The position numbers and the translations under genes are program-made. A stretch of DNA of 63,519 nucleotides, filler included, from Choristocarpus tenellus KU-1152 (taxonomy: Eukaryota; Protista; Phaeophyceae): NCBI GenBank assembly GCA_964200185.2. It is 15 parts of 15 records of this genome, joined end to end, with 100 filler letters (N's around TTAATTAATTAA, not from the genome) between each part and the next. Parts side by side here need not be neighbours in the genome. Positions count along the whole stretch, not along the records: positions 40,060 to 43,496 come from CAXNAD020020033.1; positions 43,597 to 46,204 come from CAXNAD020026314.1; positions 46,305 to 52,995 come from CAXNAD020007556.1; 12 more parts are not named here. One strand, written 5' to 3'. The notes under the pieces were generated by a model. It saw nothing but the letters and a program-made list of their open reading frames with translations, searched no databases and was not told the origin of the DNA. The first letter of the stretch is position 1; each line of letters starts with the position of its first letter. Of this stretch, positions 39,960 through 53,095 are shown one piece after another.

Positions 39960-41218
39960 NNNNNNNNNNNNNNNNNNNNNNNNNNNNNNNNNNNNNNNNN
40001 NNNTTAATTAATTAANNNNNNNNNNNNNNNNNNNNNNNNNNNNNNNNNNNNNNNNNNNNCTCCCCAGATACTTTGGGTCGGTAGTGTTTCAGTGTCCACC
40101 ACCCATCGCCTTACACATGTTGACTAATCAGATCGAGGCATTCTGGATTGCCCCTAATAGGGAGTTCTGCATACGTGACAACCATTGTTATTGTAGCAAA
40201 GGTAAACATAGGCTTACATGTAAGCGTGTGTGGAACATTATACCAAGTGAATAGCCAGCACCCACAAAACAACCTGGGTCCCGCCTGCCTGAATGATCCC
40301 TTTGGCATATGCACAAAAACAGAGCTGGAAAGTTAGTGGAGAGGAGAGCGGAGGCTGAGGCTATCCTCAAATACAATGCTGGCTTGGCACTGCTGGATCA
40401 GATGGGGAAAGTTGAAGCTGGTGGGACTGCCACGAGCGATTGACAGTTTGTGGCAGAAGGAGACCAAGAGATACAGTATAGGGTAGGGCTCGTGGACACA
40501 ATCATTCTGATTGGCTAACCCTCCTCAAGTCCATTGGAAACTAGGTATTCCAGCCTTTGTAAATAGTTGCTTACATCCATGGTATCGCCTCTTCTGACCT
40601 GAACACAAGGGTGTACCTTTCTACATCTGTTGATGCAATTAGTATGCATATTTCCTAGTAGCTTGTACATTGCACTAGTGTGCGCCACAGAATTAACACG
40701 TAAATCACTAAATGTGGTGCTTTCCTGCTCACTTTCCCACCTTCATGAGTGCTATGAAGTATTTATTCATAGTGATTGCCAGTAGATGATGCAGGCTAAT
40801 TTATCTCGACCACACTACTTGATACCAGTGCTCGCCTAATGCCCCACAAGGATACCTCGAGTTGCCTTGTGATTGCTTTGGTCTCCCCCAGTCAGATTTT
40901 TCATGCACCTCCTTGATGCATGTGAGGTGGTTCACAGAGGGGATGAACCTGACCTTTTCAACTAGCGGCAAAACATTATTTGCTTTACCAAAAGTAATCA
41001 CCTTTTTAACTCTGTAGGGTTCCTCAAGCACGAGGAAACAACTTCCCCTGGGCCTAATTGTGGAGGAGATTGACATCTAGTGGTGAAAGGGCTGTCAGGT
41101 TATTGATCGTAGAGGGAATTATCCTGTTGGTGGTGATGGTGATGATGTTGAGGCACAATTCATCCATGTTTCAATATGACTGTACCCTTTGAATGTTAAG
41201 TGGAGCATTTTTTTCTGT

Positions 41219-41302
41219 CCCAAGAATATCTATCTATCCGACGTATGCAACCAAATAACCCAAAAATCGCGACATACAAAAATGGACCCCAAATGGACAG
41301 TG
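41219..41302. repeat. Internal fragment of MITE family B
   Basis: tatccgacgtatgcaaccaaataacccaaaaatcgcgacat...ccccaaatggacag. Confidence 0.75.
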
Positions 41303-43596
41303 GAACATTAAAGCTAACACTACCACTATAGCAACAAGTGATGTACTATGTAACTACTTCTAAACTTTATTCTTATTGCTACGACATAACGCAGCAGGTA
41401 GAAGATAGCTATCGCTCTCCGTAAACTGTAATAAATTTGCGTCGTCCACAAGCGGTGGTCTACTCTCTCCCTCTGCGATATGATACTATGCGAGGGACAC
41501 AAACACGATCTTTACTCAAAGTATTAAGTGCGAGCAGACTGATGCCCTCAGCAGGTCGCTAGATCATCTGTGCGCCCTCCAGAAGAGGCCCTTCTGAACG
41601 ACAAATTAGCACGCCAGGTTTTGGGCTTGAGTGGAGGACAGTAAAAAAAATGGGCTAGCAATTTGTCGTGTTATTACACATCTCCCCAAACCACCAATCA
41701 ACCCAGCAAGACCCTGAACTATAGAGTAGCAACGAGAGCGCAATGGTGCGGTCGAGAAGGGTAAGAGCAGAACTCCGTTACAGAAACACAACGAATCTTT
41801 GGAAACCACCTCATCTCGATCCTATATATATATTTGTATGTATCTACCCTCGATCAAACTTGAGGCGAATATGTGTCCTCTGTCCCATACAAATAGTCGA
41901 CGAGAGAACCACGACTCGCCAGCCAAACAAATTTAAGGTGATCTTCACAATATATGAGCATCATTTTCTTCTAGAGTTCAGCAGGAACAGTACTAACCGA
42001 AACGTGCAAAAAGCATACTGGTTGGGGGAGGAATAATTCTGGTGATCAATGCCACTTACCATCTTGTCTTCACACACATCCCCTCCCCTCAGCAAACCGA
42101 TTCAAATCATTTCAGTCTTACGTCACAGCCCACACCCTCATGTGCCGCTGGAAGACTTTTGAATATTCTGATTGGGGACGCATTTATCAGGTGTGCAAAG
42201 AGTTGTCTGTGAAGTCAAGGACCACGAAATGTTTCTGTCGTGATTGAGATGACAGCGAAAGTCAATTTCATATCACGAAAAAAAGAAGGACGACTATTAC
42301 GCCACAACAGACAACACTGACCTCTCAGGAATGATTTGATATCCAGATAGAGGGCAAATACGGCATTCTCGATATGCTTGAAACGGAGCCAATTCATGCT
42401 CATACCACACAAGCAAGGGTTAAGTAGGTGAGACGAAGAAACAGCGATCTTCGTTTGTAAGGGAGACTATGCGATTCACGTCTCAATTAATCACTCGTAC
42501 GGAGTACAATAATAGTCCACACAGAATGTTAGCCAACAAATCCAGTAAAGAAAGTAGGGAGACCACACACGCACAGCGGATACCCATGATGAACTACCTA
42601 AATCGCTATGAAAGTCAAATCTTATTTCCACTCTTACGTAGGAGTGGAAATGTTGAAGCTGTCCCTGACAGAGACAGTAGTACATCCATCCGTAGTAGTG
42701 CATAGTACACTTATAACGACAGATTGACTCATACATTCATATACCTAAACTTGACTAACACGGGTGGTAGAATTGCAACATCCCAATGTGTTGTAAAGAA
42801 CAACATTGTGCTGTACTCCTGTTTATGCACAGAGTATATCTTTCGTACGTTCATTAGAAGCGAACACACACAAACACAAAATACCATGGATAGTCTCAAC
42901 AACTTGTTATAACTTCATAATATGATGATGTGATGGTTCTATACCTCATTTCGTTTTGTTTCCAATAACCAACAAACGTATTCGAAGGCGCGCGCAGGTT
43001 TTTCCAAATTATCAACCCCTTGTCGCGCGATCGTTGTCCTTTTCTTGATTGTGTGTGTCTCACCCATTAATTACAGTTCTCGCTAAGTCCTGCCGAGACA
43101 GAGGACGCGACTCAGGGTGTAAAAAATCCTGCTGGAGACACCTGCCTCTCGACACTCACTCGCGTTCATTCCTCTCCTCCACCACGCGATCTGAACTGAC
43201 CCAAAGTCCGCCCGCTTTTCAGTTTCGCCCTGTTGCGGTAAAAGGTGACTCCTACGATCATAGAGATTTCTAAAATTCAGGGTAACACTACCAAAAGTGC
43301 GAATTAGACAATTGCAGTGCGCCGAGATCGCCAAAACATGGCGTCTTTTCGTAGTGTTTTCGTTAATTGTGCTCTATATTTTATTCCGCGATTGGATGAG
43401 CATTGAGGAGTGATTGTGGAATGGGGGGGGGGGGGGGGGGGAGGGCGGGGGGAGAGGTTGGTGTAAAAGAAAGCAGGGGAAAATCGGGTGGGGGTGNNNN
43501 NNNNNNNNNNNNNNNNNNNNNNNNNNNNNNNNNNNNNNNNTTAATTAATTAANNNNNNNNNNNNNNNNNNNNNNNNNNNNNNNNNNNNNNNNNNNN

Positions 43597-43664
43597 CAAA
43601 ACTCGCGACATGAAAAAATTGGTCCCAAATGGACAGCCACCACCCCCCCCAGATACTTTAAGCC
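43597..43664. mobile_element. MITE family B terminal fragment at contig start
   Basis: ...cccaaatggacagccacc...AGATACTTTAAGCC. Confidence 0.8.
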
Positions 43665-43689
43665 AATCAGCCCCTTGTTCTAGAACCAA

Positions 43690-44830
43690 AGATGAGATAT
43701 TTTGAGAAACACTGCAAAAATATCAAGGGGTGTCTCCATGATGAGGAGTGGGTGTTCTTGTGTGAACTAACTAACCCTCTTGAGTCAGTAACAGATAGGC
43801 GTCAAACCGCTTGTTCAGGTGGGTGTGATGGTTATAATAGCAGAATAGTTAGTTTGATGGCTGATCTCATCAACATCTACATTGAGGATACGCACCCCAC
43901 CAAGAATTCATGCAGTAATGAAGATGATGCCCGTGAGGATTTACCAGTGGGAAGCTGCACATTGACGCTTCAGAAGGTTTCTCAGGGTTCTCTCTGAGGA
44001 TACACAGGCAAGGAAGCTTGACGAGGCAAGCGTTAATGAGAAGCAAGTGCTCATATTTCTTGACTCTTGTACACAAGACTGAAGTTTAGAGAGGCAAAGT
44101 AAACGGGAGGTACCCGGTTTTCCTCCGGTTCGCATTTTAAGTCAGTTTTTGAATAATTTCAAATTCACCCATATTTTTATGGATGAAGTGCTAAGTTTGA
44201 CTTCAGAGGGTTGATTTCTCTCTATTTCTTGAAAGTTTTCAACACAATTTTGAAAATATCCTGTACGCATTTGGATAAAAAGCCGAATTTTGCACACATT
44301 TGCCGAGATCCATAAATTCCACCTCTCGTTTACTTTGACTCAGACCCATCCACTAACAGCCGTCCTGGTTAAAAAATAAATTTGTTACTGAGGTACTCTC
44401 TTCTTCATACAGTTGAGACAGACAAATGTTTTGCTGGCTCTTAATGTGGTGATGAATCTGGTCCTTACGTCAATGACACCCCATGTCTGTGACTGGGAAG
44501 AAAATGCGGTAGACTAGCGGGACATGCAGTACCCACAAAAGAAGGTGAAGTCATCAGAGAAAGGAGAGGACTGTCCAAGAATAGTCAAGCTTTCTGAGGT
44601 CCTAAGGCAGAAACTCAACCAGTATCTCAGAGTGGAGGAGGCATTGGGAGGTAAAAAGTTTGCCCTTTTGATGTACTGGAAAGAAAAGACATCAGCAAAG
44701 ACAGATGACGAGGGCAAGGTGTTAAGGCTCCGCAAATAAATGCCCCTCAAGGCCTTGTTTACCAGGCCTTATCATGGTATTGATGGCATAAGCTGTCAAT
44801 CTGAGAGAGATTTTCCAAGCCTCGCCCTCA
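43690..44830 (+). pseudogene. hAT-superfamily transposase relic (C-terminal part), interrupted by a family E MITE
   Basis: LHDEEWVFLCELTNPLESVT, then LNQYL...LMYWKEK...MPLKALFTRPYHGIDGISCQSERDF, resembling the hAT dimerisation domain (P.L..LAR.YL.IPATS..SER.FS). Confidence 0.6.
44091..44341. mobile_element. MITE family E, full length, 3-bp TSD AGA
   Basis: aga|GAGGCAAAGTAAACGGGAGGT...ACCTCTCGTTTACTTTGACTC|aga. Confidence 0.88.
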
Positions 44831-44929
44831 CACTCACCACTTTGTGGTGTAGGTTGTATGCCATAAAGAAAGGTGAAGAGACTAGTGTAGTTGTGCCTCT
44901 AAAGGGACCTTATTAAGGATGTTGCTACG

Positions 44930-45250
44930 TTGAGACGGGAGATGGGGGGAGTGCTTGCTACCAAGCAGGAGGAAATCTCGTGATAAAGTATTTGCATGCC
45001 ACAAGGTGACTGGTGAAGTACTTGCACAATTCGTAATTTTGAACTTCTGTTCTGAATGCAAAACGTTTTACTGTGTTAATGCACATGACCGCAAAAAAGG
45101 TACTTTATTGTGTTATTTTCACCTTAAAGTAGGTTACTGTGAAACAGATGGAAACAAGCCGACTGTTCTTCGAAATGAAGGGGAGCGGGAAGACTCACAG
45201 GGGGCAAGGAAAAGGAGAGAGACAAGTCAAGAGGGAGAGCAACTCCTCAG
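44930..45250 (+). pseudogene. Cys-rich fragment, possibly a piggyBac-type C-terminal zinc domain
   Basis: FCSECKTFYC...LLCYFHLK pattern; fragment only. Confidence 0.3.
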
Positions 45251-45930
45251 AAGATCACTCGGGAAAGGAGTGAACAAGTGGTTGTTCATTGTCTACAAGA
45301 ATCGGGGATCCTTAAAAGCAAAACTTAACCTGTTTAACGGTATGTATATCATACGGTTATATCTGTATAAGAACAGGCAAACCAGGTTTCGACAAACGCG
45401 AAAGTTTATGAAGTAATCTGAGTTTTGTGGGCGGAAGAATTATGGTTGGTTGGGGGCACAGGACAGGGAAGGGGATAGAAAAGAAAAGAAAAATTCTCAA
45501 GGAGGGAACGAAGAGTTAAATAGTGAGTGGTTGAGGGAGGGAGGAGAGTGGTTAAGAAAATAGGCGGCAAGTGGAGGAACGAGTGGAGAAGGAATGGAGA
45601 AGGAATGGACTGTATTGAATCGAAGAGGAAGCCTGAGGCTGGGGCGACAAGACGGGGAGGGCTAGAACAGGAGGACTCTCAAGCAAGCTTTCCTGCCCAC
45701 CCGCCCTGTCGCTTGCTCACGACCGACTTGGACCTTAGGGTGGGAGGGGAGGTCAAGTTCGGGCGGGGTAGCTGTCTTTCTAGCTCAAAGGCACGGTATG
45801 AAGGGGATAATGAAGGGGGGTTCTTGGATGATTGGTGAGTGGTGTTGAGTGGTGTTCAATGGTGTGGTGGAGAGGTAAGTGGGGTGGGGTTGACTGGGGT
45901 TGAATAGGGTTGAAATGTGTGGTAGAGACC

Positions 45931-46080
45931 GGAAATCAGTGGCGAAAGGGGTCGCACTGGTTGGTCATCGGATAGGGGGGGTGACGAAAAACCAGTGGCG
46001 AAGGGGGTTCGCCCTGGTTGGTCATCAGAGGTGGACGGTGGCTGAAAATCAGTGGCGACGAGGTCGTAATGGTTGGTAAC
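45931..46080. repeat. Three ~55-bp-period repeats with a palindromic core
   Basis: The unit AAA(T/C)CAGTGGCGA...TCG...TGGTTGGT occurs three times, separated by variable ~18-nt linkers. Confidence 0.75.
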
Positions 46081-47835
46081 AAAGGTTGTTAGAATGTGGA
46101 GAGAAAAGAGAATAGGGAGGAATGTTAAAGCGTGCCCCAGAAGCTTACCTCCACAGGATGTATAGCTCCAATCTACAGGCCTATAGATGATACTGATGCA
46201 CGGANNNNNNNNNNNNNNNNNNNNNNNNNNNNNNNNNNNNNNNNNNNNTTAATTAATTAANNNNNNNNNNNNNNNNNNNNNNNNNNNNNNNNNNNNNNNN
46301 NNNNACTGGTGGAGTAATGGAGGAAAGGTAGAGCCAGATATTATATTTCCGTATACTTCATTTGAGCTCTACACAACATTCATATATGGTAGGGACCTGA
46401 TATTGGATCATCAGTTGATATATCATATATGGCACGTATGATAAGTAGATATGATTCTCTTCTGATTATCCATGTGGACGTTGAAAATCCCACATGGTAG
46501 TCTGCACTGGTCTTACCCACGTTCTCATCAGTGGAATCGAGACCATAAGCCCCCTTGTAATATTAACTTTTCTTATCTACATTAAGCTGTTCTTTGTCCT
46601 TCATTGAAGCACCAAAGCCGCGGTCCAGTGTGGGATACTTCAACACTTGCCACTCCCTACGATGGTGTCAACAACACCATGACTGTTCCCAAGTGGACAG
46701 GAGTCAAATCCACCTGGGCAACCCTAGGGTCAAGGGACACAATGGCTCGGTGTTGACTGTCTATCATCATGAACACGACCCCCACGACCCCTTCCTCTAC
46801 GACGCAGGTGTAGCTGACGAGTGCCCCTTGGATTGTCCAGGCACGACTGGGTTGTATGACCCTCACGAGTCACCACCTGACAATCCGGGTACTGGCACAC
46901 ACTACTTTGGTGTTGATCAACGGTGTACTGGGGTGTTGATGGTGTCTCTGTGGACTGTGGCGTGTCCGGGGGTCATGATGCTCTGTCAGTTGCACTGGCT
47001 GCTGCGGGAGGTCGACTTGTCAATGACCGAGCTGGGGGCCCGTTGAGGGTTGCCTTCCCTGCTCGGTGACGTTCCACCTCCGTACGGAGCTGTTGATATT
47101 CTCATTGTATTTGGACAAAATCTGCCCGAGGGACCTGTTCACGACGAGGGTTGTGGGTCACAGCACTAGTGTAAGTTGTTGGGGTGGAATTACTACCAGA
47201 CAGATTGTTAACTTCATGCCGTTTGGCACGGTCACGAACGAGCCTGGGCAAACGTGGTAGCGGGTTCGCCCCGAATCTGCTCAAGACGAATCATAGGGAG
47301 TAAGCCGTCTTTCATCAGGGTTATTTTCAGTTGCTCGACAAGTAAAGTTGTTGTGTTGACCGAATCTGAGGACGATTTTGTGTGACAAACATCATTTAAA
47401 AAACGATTCATTACTGTTGTGCAACATAAAGTATTTTTGTCGACAGACTCATTCTCTCCCTTGTTTCAAGGACGTTAGTCTACGGGCTGATACACTTACA
47501 GCATAGGCAGGGGTAAATGCGGTGACCAAGGCTTTCTGGACATCATCCCACGTCTTTGGAGGTGTAATGGGGACAGGGGTGTCAAGAGACGATTGCAATC
47601 AAACCAAAAATCACTTGTTGAACGTCACTCTATCCTACCCGCCAGCGCCTGAAAACAGAATGTTTCAGCAGGTCCTTGAAGAATTTTCGGTAAAAATTCT
47701 ACACACCGAGCATCAACTGTTTCGGGGGATGCTGGACCATACTGACTAGAATGTAGGGATATTACCACATGCCCTTTAGAGAACACAGGAGTAGCAAATC
47801 TTATTCTCCAGAACCTGTAATTGTCAGACCAGATG

Positions 47836-50800
47836 TATAGACAGTTCAACCACAGGAATTGATCTATAATAGCATGTAAGGACTCTACCCCACATTGGGG
47901 CTTACAGCTCTGTTATTTGTTGAAGGAGTGAGCATAGATCCAGTCAAGGATCACATATGCTCCAAACATCAAATAATGCAAACGCCTCAGCTATGTTAGG
48001 AAAACCCTCCATGCTGTGTCTACAACACCCCCAGAGCCAAGTATGATACTAATAGTAGCAAAACTGCCAGCTCGACAAAGAACAGCATACAATATCCAAC
48101 TCAAATGTCAATCTTTTACTGCCGTCTAATCACATTGCGCACTTGAGCATGCAACTTTCAACTGTTTACATAGAAAGACAGGGGCATCCTCTAAAATGGA
48201 AGAGAGCGGCTCCCATGTCCTCTCGTCCTCACTTAACCCCAACCAATCCACCAAAATCTGGTATTCATATCCTTCTACCCTGCGCACTGCCAGAATATCA
48301 GACATTTCAAATTCCCCCTGGTTCTGTATGTACTGGAATGTTGGCTTTATCTCTGTGATCACGTTCAGCTCCTTGTCTGCATAGAACCACAACATCTTTA
48401 GCCGCTGTACCATTGCTGCTCTGCAACAATGCCCAGCTTCGCCCATGTGTGCACACACCATCAGGCGTGTCCACAGATCCTTTGTCCTATCAGGTATCCA
48501 TGGTGGGACCGTAACCTCAGCAACCACCTGCATCGTGCCATCCTGGTCATGATGTACACGGCCAGAAGAGGTCATAAATCCTCCGCTTTCATGCACCATC
48601 ACACCCCCTAGGGCCTTGCTGGCCACTAGTTGTGCCTCATGCACCACCGCTCTTGATGGCAGGGTGTCCTCTCCCTGCACCTCCGTAGACACGGCTACAG
48701 CTTGCACCACCACCTATTCACCGCGGCCCAGTGTAGCTGTGATTCCTTGAAAGACCTATTCAGGAATCCCAGCGGCTCATGGCTCATATTTTCCACTGCA
48801 ACACCTGCATTCAGCTCCAACCGAAGGATCTGTGTAAAAAAACACCCCCAGTACTTGTCAGAGGCGTCTAGAGACATCAGCACTGCACACTCCTCCCTGG
48901 GGTGTGAGAGCTCCACCGTCTGTGAGACAAGGTTCACCGTGCTGAAATCCGTCACCAGCCAATAGCCGCGCCCCTCAGACTTGGGCAAAGGCAATGATGG
49001 GTTGCTCCATACATCCTGTGGGGTCCACCTCAGCATCCCCAGTACGACCAGTAGGGCTACAAATTCTGCCATCCAGCTGTGTCGCTTCGGATGGGATGCC
49101 CTGGGTCTGGCCTTCACAGGAGTCGTCCCTTCCTTCAGCACCACCTGTATAGGCTCCACCTTGGCAGGCGGATCACGCCCAAAGAATACCCGGAACAAAT
49201 TGGTTTGGGTTGCTATCACTTGTTTTAGGCGCCCCCAGGCACCCAAGGGCATCTCGGATCGTTGTGCCACTTGTAAGGAGGTTTCTAATGCCAAGCCTCG
49301 ATTTTTTTCCTCCTCTGCAGGGTCCATCATGAGCTCAGGGTCTTGCTCCAGTAGTGTAGAGACGGAGTCATCGACTCTGTCCAAATGAGCAGTCCCAATG
49401 CTTTCCTGCATCACCTCCATGCTAACACTGAACCAAAGTATCTTAGAGAGTAGAGCTGCATTCATTTGGGGGCCAAAATCCAATGTTGCGATTCTGATGT
49501 AATTTTAGCTACCATGTTTGTTGGGAAGTGTCAATATCCTTGTTCCAGACCCACCTTTTCATAACGTATTCATTTTACCTACTCCGCAATATTTTGGAGT
49601 AGGAAAATTTCGTAAGAACCCCTAGGAAAGCTAAGCCCCAAAGGGACAAACAGGACAAACCTCGTACCCTCTAAGATACTTTCACTCACTCATACGCCGC
49701 ATAGAAGTAATATCTAGTTCCAGACCTGCAATGTGCAATTCTGTCTTCCTTTGGGCCGCCTCCTCAAAGCATTGCTTCATGTCAAAGTCTAAGACGTCCC
49801 GCAATGTCATGCTGCTCACAATTAACACCTCATCATCGCCTGGTATAACCGCCAAGACAAGATTTCTCACCACCACGGACCCATAGCCCGAGTGGAGTGC
49901 CACATTTAAGGGACGAGTCACGTTCCCTATGGACAGAGACAAACCATTTGTATCTTTATGAGGAAGGGCTGGTGGAGGGACTTAGTTAGCACTGCTCCAT
50001 CAAAATGCTGCTTCATTTTTTTCACCAGGCTCTCAGATATGCCTGTGATCCCTGAACCTGGGTCCACCAGGGCCTTCATACTGAAAGGCAACTTCCCACG
50101 CATGTTGACCCCCATTGGGGTTACACCTGCAGTACCATGGTAGCTTAACCTTTCTACATGCACCCCTTCCATAGCTAGGGATACTTCCTCATGAGTGCCC
50201 TGGATTTTTTGCAGGCCAGTATGGCCTACATAAGGATTAATGTTGGGATCCGGGCTTGGTGGCAGCAGAGGCATCCCATGATCTACATCATCATGAACCA
50301 TCTCATTGACTCTCACTGTCCTGCCACTCGTACTCCCACCACCAGTGCCTTGCCTTAACGCGGTAGCAGGCTGTGGAGCTAACCTGTGCTGGCTCCTTAT
50401 ACCTTGGGCTGCACCTAGACGGCTTGTTCCTCCCCCTGCACTTGAGGGTTGCTGTCTGGCACCCCCAGGTTGTTGTCTTGACCCTGGTCCAGTTCCCCTC
50501 CCAGGGTCTGTACCTCTACCACGATGCTGTGGGTACCCCTGCTGCTGATGCTGCTGCTCCTTCCGGATTCCAACCAGCAAGCTTCGGCATTGAGCATGTT
50601 TATGCCCAACTTTCCCACATGCATCACAAGTCCCTTGGAACTTGTTCTTCCTCACACTCAGTCCACTACCAGGTGTGCTCTCCCCTGGCTTGCCATTCGT
50701 CTCCCCAAACTTAGGCTTCCCCTCTTGGTGTTTACCATCAGGTTCACCTTGCTTGGTTCATTTCGATTCAAATTCCCGGGCCCTCTCATACATTCTCCAG

Positions 50801-51790
50801 TTTTGGCTTCCTCCTTTACCAGCTTAAAGATCTGGTCTGGATCCTTCTTAGCTCAGGATCCCAAACCACATACTTAGCTACTTCAGCCTTAAACGCAGGG
50901 ATTTAAGCCCTGCAATAATGATCTCTGAGAGTACCTTTCCCGGCCCTGCCTTCCAAGTCTCCCCCACTTGTCCAGCATTATTTCGGAAAGCACAATCCAG
51001 ATTGTCATCTTAGAAAGCTTTCTATATCCTGGATCACACCCATGACCCTATCCGCTGCTGACCCTTCGTCTCCATCCGGGCCGCCCTCTGCAAATCCCTT
51101 TGAATTTTCCCTATATCGAAGGTTCTGCAGTCGTCATCGACTCTCGCCACCTTCTAAATGGCTTTAAGGAGTTGCTCCTCTGTCGCTGCAGCCCAATTAC
51201 GCTGCAGTTCGCCCTGCACCAGTGCTCTTCTCTGAGCAACGGTTAAGGACCCGGACAGCGTCACAAATGCAATTTGAATACCTCCTTTTGAGTGGTTCAT
51301 TCTAACGCTCCTCTCATATTCGCGTCGAGCTGTCAGAAACTCCCTCACCTCCTTCTCAGCAAGTCTCTCAACTTGTGGAGGTTGAATATGCTGCGATATC
51401 ATCAATTTAGACCAATCGGTATCTCGCAACCCCCCCAGGCTGCGCCAGGTCCATCGCCGTCGTTCATTGACATACTGGACCCTTCGTCCCTCAAGTAACT
51501 ATGCTGGTTTCTGCCTGGTTGTGTGCACTCCAAGCTCCAGCAAGCTCCCGCGATCACATGTTGGCCTTCGCCAGCCAATTCCAGTATCGCACTCGATCCT
51601 ATGGTCAGTGAATTATAGACAGTTCAACCACAGGAACTGATCTATAATAGCATGTAAGGACTCCACCCCACGTTGGGGCTTACAACTCTGTTATTTGTTG
51701 AAGGAGTGAGCAAGGATCACATGTGCTCCAAACATCAAATAATGCAAACGCCTTAGCTATGTTAAGAAACCCCTCCATGCTATGTCTACA
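47836..51790 (-). mobile_element. Chromodomain-bearing Ty3/gypsy LTR retrotransposon, internally deleted
   Basis: LTRs at 47836-48024 and 51614-51790. Visible domains: gag Zn knuckle CDACGKVGHKHAQC; protease ALVDPGSG; RT N-terminus PVKARPR...WLVTDFSTVN; RNase H LDASDKYWG...EPLGFL; integrase His motif AHMGEAGH; chromodomain YQILVDWLGLSEDERTWEP. Contains frameshifts and stops. Confidence 0.92.
49430..49687. mobile_element. MITE family A inserted in gypsy pol, 3-bp TSD ACT
   Basis: act|GAACCAAAGTATCTTAG...CTAAGATACTTTCACTC|act; removal restores ...SMRRMS-VSMEV... in frame. Confidence 0.92.
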
Positions 51791-52946
51791 CATGGGATTT
51801 CCGAAGCGGAAAACCTGAAACGACTCCCTTCTGACAGTGATTGTGGTTGTGCGACATTGCTACCCTGTTCAACGGATCTTACTTGATCGATGACCGTTCC
51901 CCGAATTTGGAGCTTCAGCAGGTCCTGAAGCCATTCAGGAGGCACTCGAGGTGGGGATGTCTATCTGGGCGTATACCGCGCAGGTCTGGTAACGGTTTTT
52001 GTCATGTACACCAAGAGACCTCAATGTCATGGTGGCTTGAAATCCAGAGGGAAAATGCGCACGTTAGGCCAAGACTGTGAACATGAGTGTGGTGTTGCAC
52101 ACTTTTACAGCATCACCGAACTTGGCCTGCGAAATGGCCACCTGACAAGTAGTAGAACTTGGAGGCGGCACAGGTTCTTCCTGGAAGAGGATCTGACGAG
52201 TGACACGGTCGCCCGAGCTAACACGATGATCAAGTGTCGAAGACACAGGTCTGGCGTGAGCCTGACGATCTGTTGGGGGGGAAGGAGGGGAACCTCGTCT
52301 ACGTTCGGCAAGTTTTGGACCAACAAGGTTCGACTCTTGGAGTCAACTTGTGCATCCATTGGTTCACTTTTGTGAACCCCTTACAACCCCAAAGAGGCAA
52401 CAAATGAGGGTGAGTTGTTGAATAGCTTCGCGCACAAAAGACTCATCGCCAGAAGCTGCTGGTGGGTTACATGGTGAACATACACTAGTTTATTTAAGTG
52501 TCCTTTATGTCCTTTTGTCTTCTAGCCATCCATTATCACTGACGTATGCCCAAAGACTAACTCATCATACTGCTACATACGTTAACTACTCTGTATTGTA
52601 CCGAACTAAAGATATACAATGTACATGAAACTGTGTTATCTGCTTGTATCAGCACACATAACGTAAGTGTAACACTAGTTGTTCGACATCTGAACGACAT
52701 CCTCCCCTTCGTGAAAACAAGCGTTGTCTCTATACCAATAACAAAAAATAGATACTACACACATGTTATCCTTCTACATGTTCATCAAAACTTCATATGT
52801 TTAAAAACTCTTGCTGGACAATTCTTGGTCAACACATCTGTCCTCTGGTTTTCAATACCAACAAAAACAAGAATCTCACTTTTTCTACCTAAATCCCTCA
52901 AAATATGTTGCCAGACATAATTGTGCTTTGTTCTAATAGAGCTAGT

Positions 52947-52995
52947 GACCCAAAGTATCTGGGGGGGGGTGGCGACTGACAGTCCATTTGGGGTC
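52947..52995. mobile_element. MITE family B terminal fragment at contig end
   Basis: GACCCAAAGTATCT-polyG-TGGCG...GTCCATTTGGGGTC. Confidence 0.8.
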
Positions 52996-53095
52996 NNNNN
53001 NNNNNNNNNNNNNNNNNNNNNNNNNNNNNNNNNNNNNNNTTAATTAATTAANNNNNNNNNNNNNNNNNNNNNNNNNNNNNNNNNNNNNNNNNNNN

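Larger units (their letters stand above)
46600..52380 (-). mobile_element. Older Ty3/gypsy gag relic split by the chromovirus insertion (pieces ~46600-47835 and 51791-52380)
   Basis: PPKTWDDVQKALVTAFTPAYAVSVSARRLTSLKQGENESVDK at ~47440-47560 is a Retrotrans_gag motif. The flanks of the inner element read gatg / catg, a near-TSD. Confidence 0.65.

Noticed and set aside
45931-46080. CRISPR-like repeat-spacer array or hammerhead ribozyme (CTGATGA on the minus strand)
   Set aside because: Only three degenerate units with ~18-nt linkers, eukaryotic context and no cas genes. No GAAA core follows the stem, so it is not a hammerhead.
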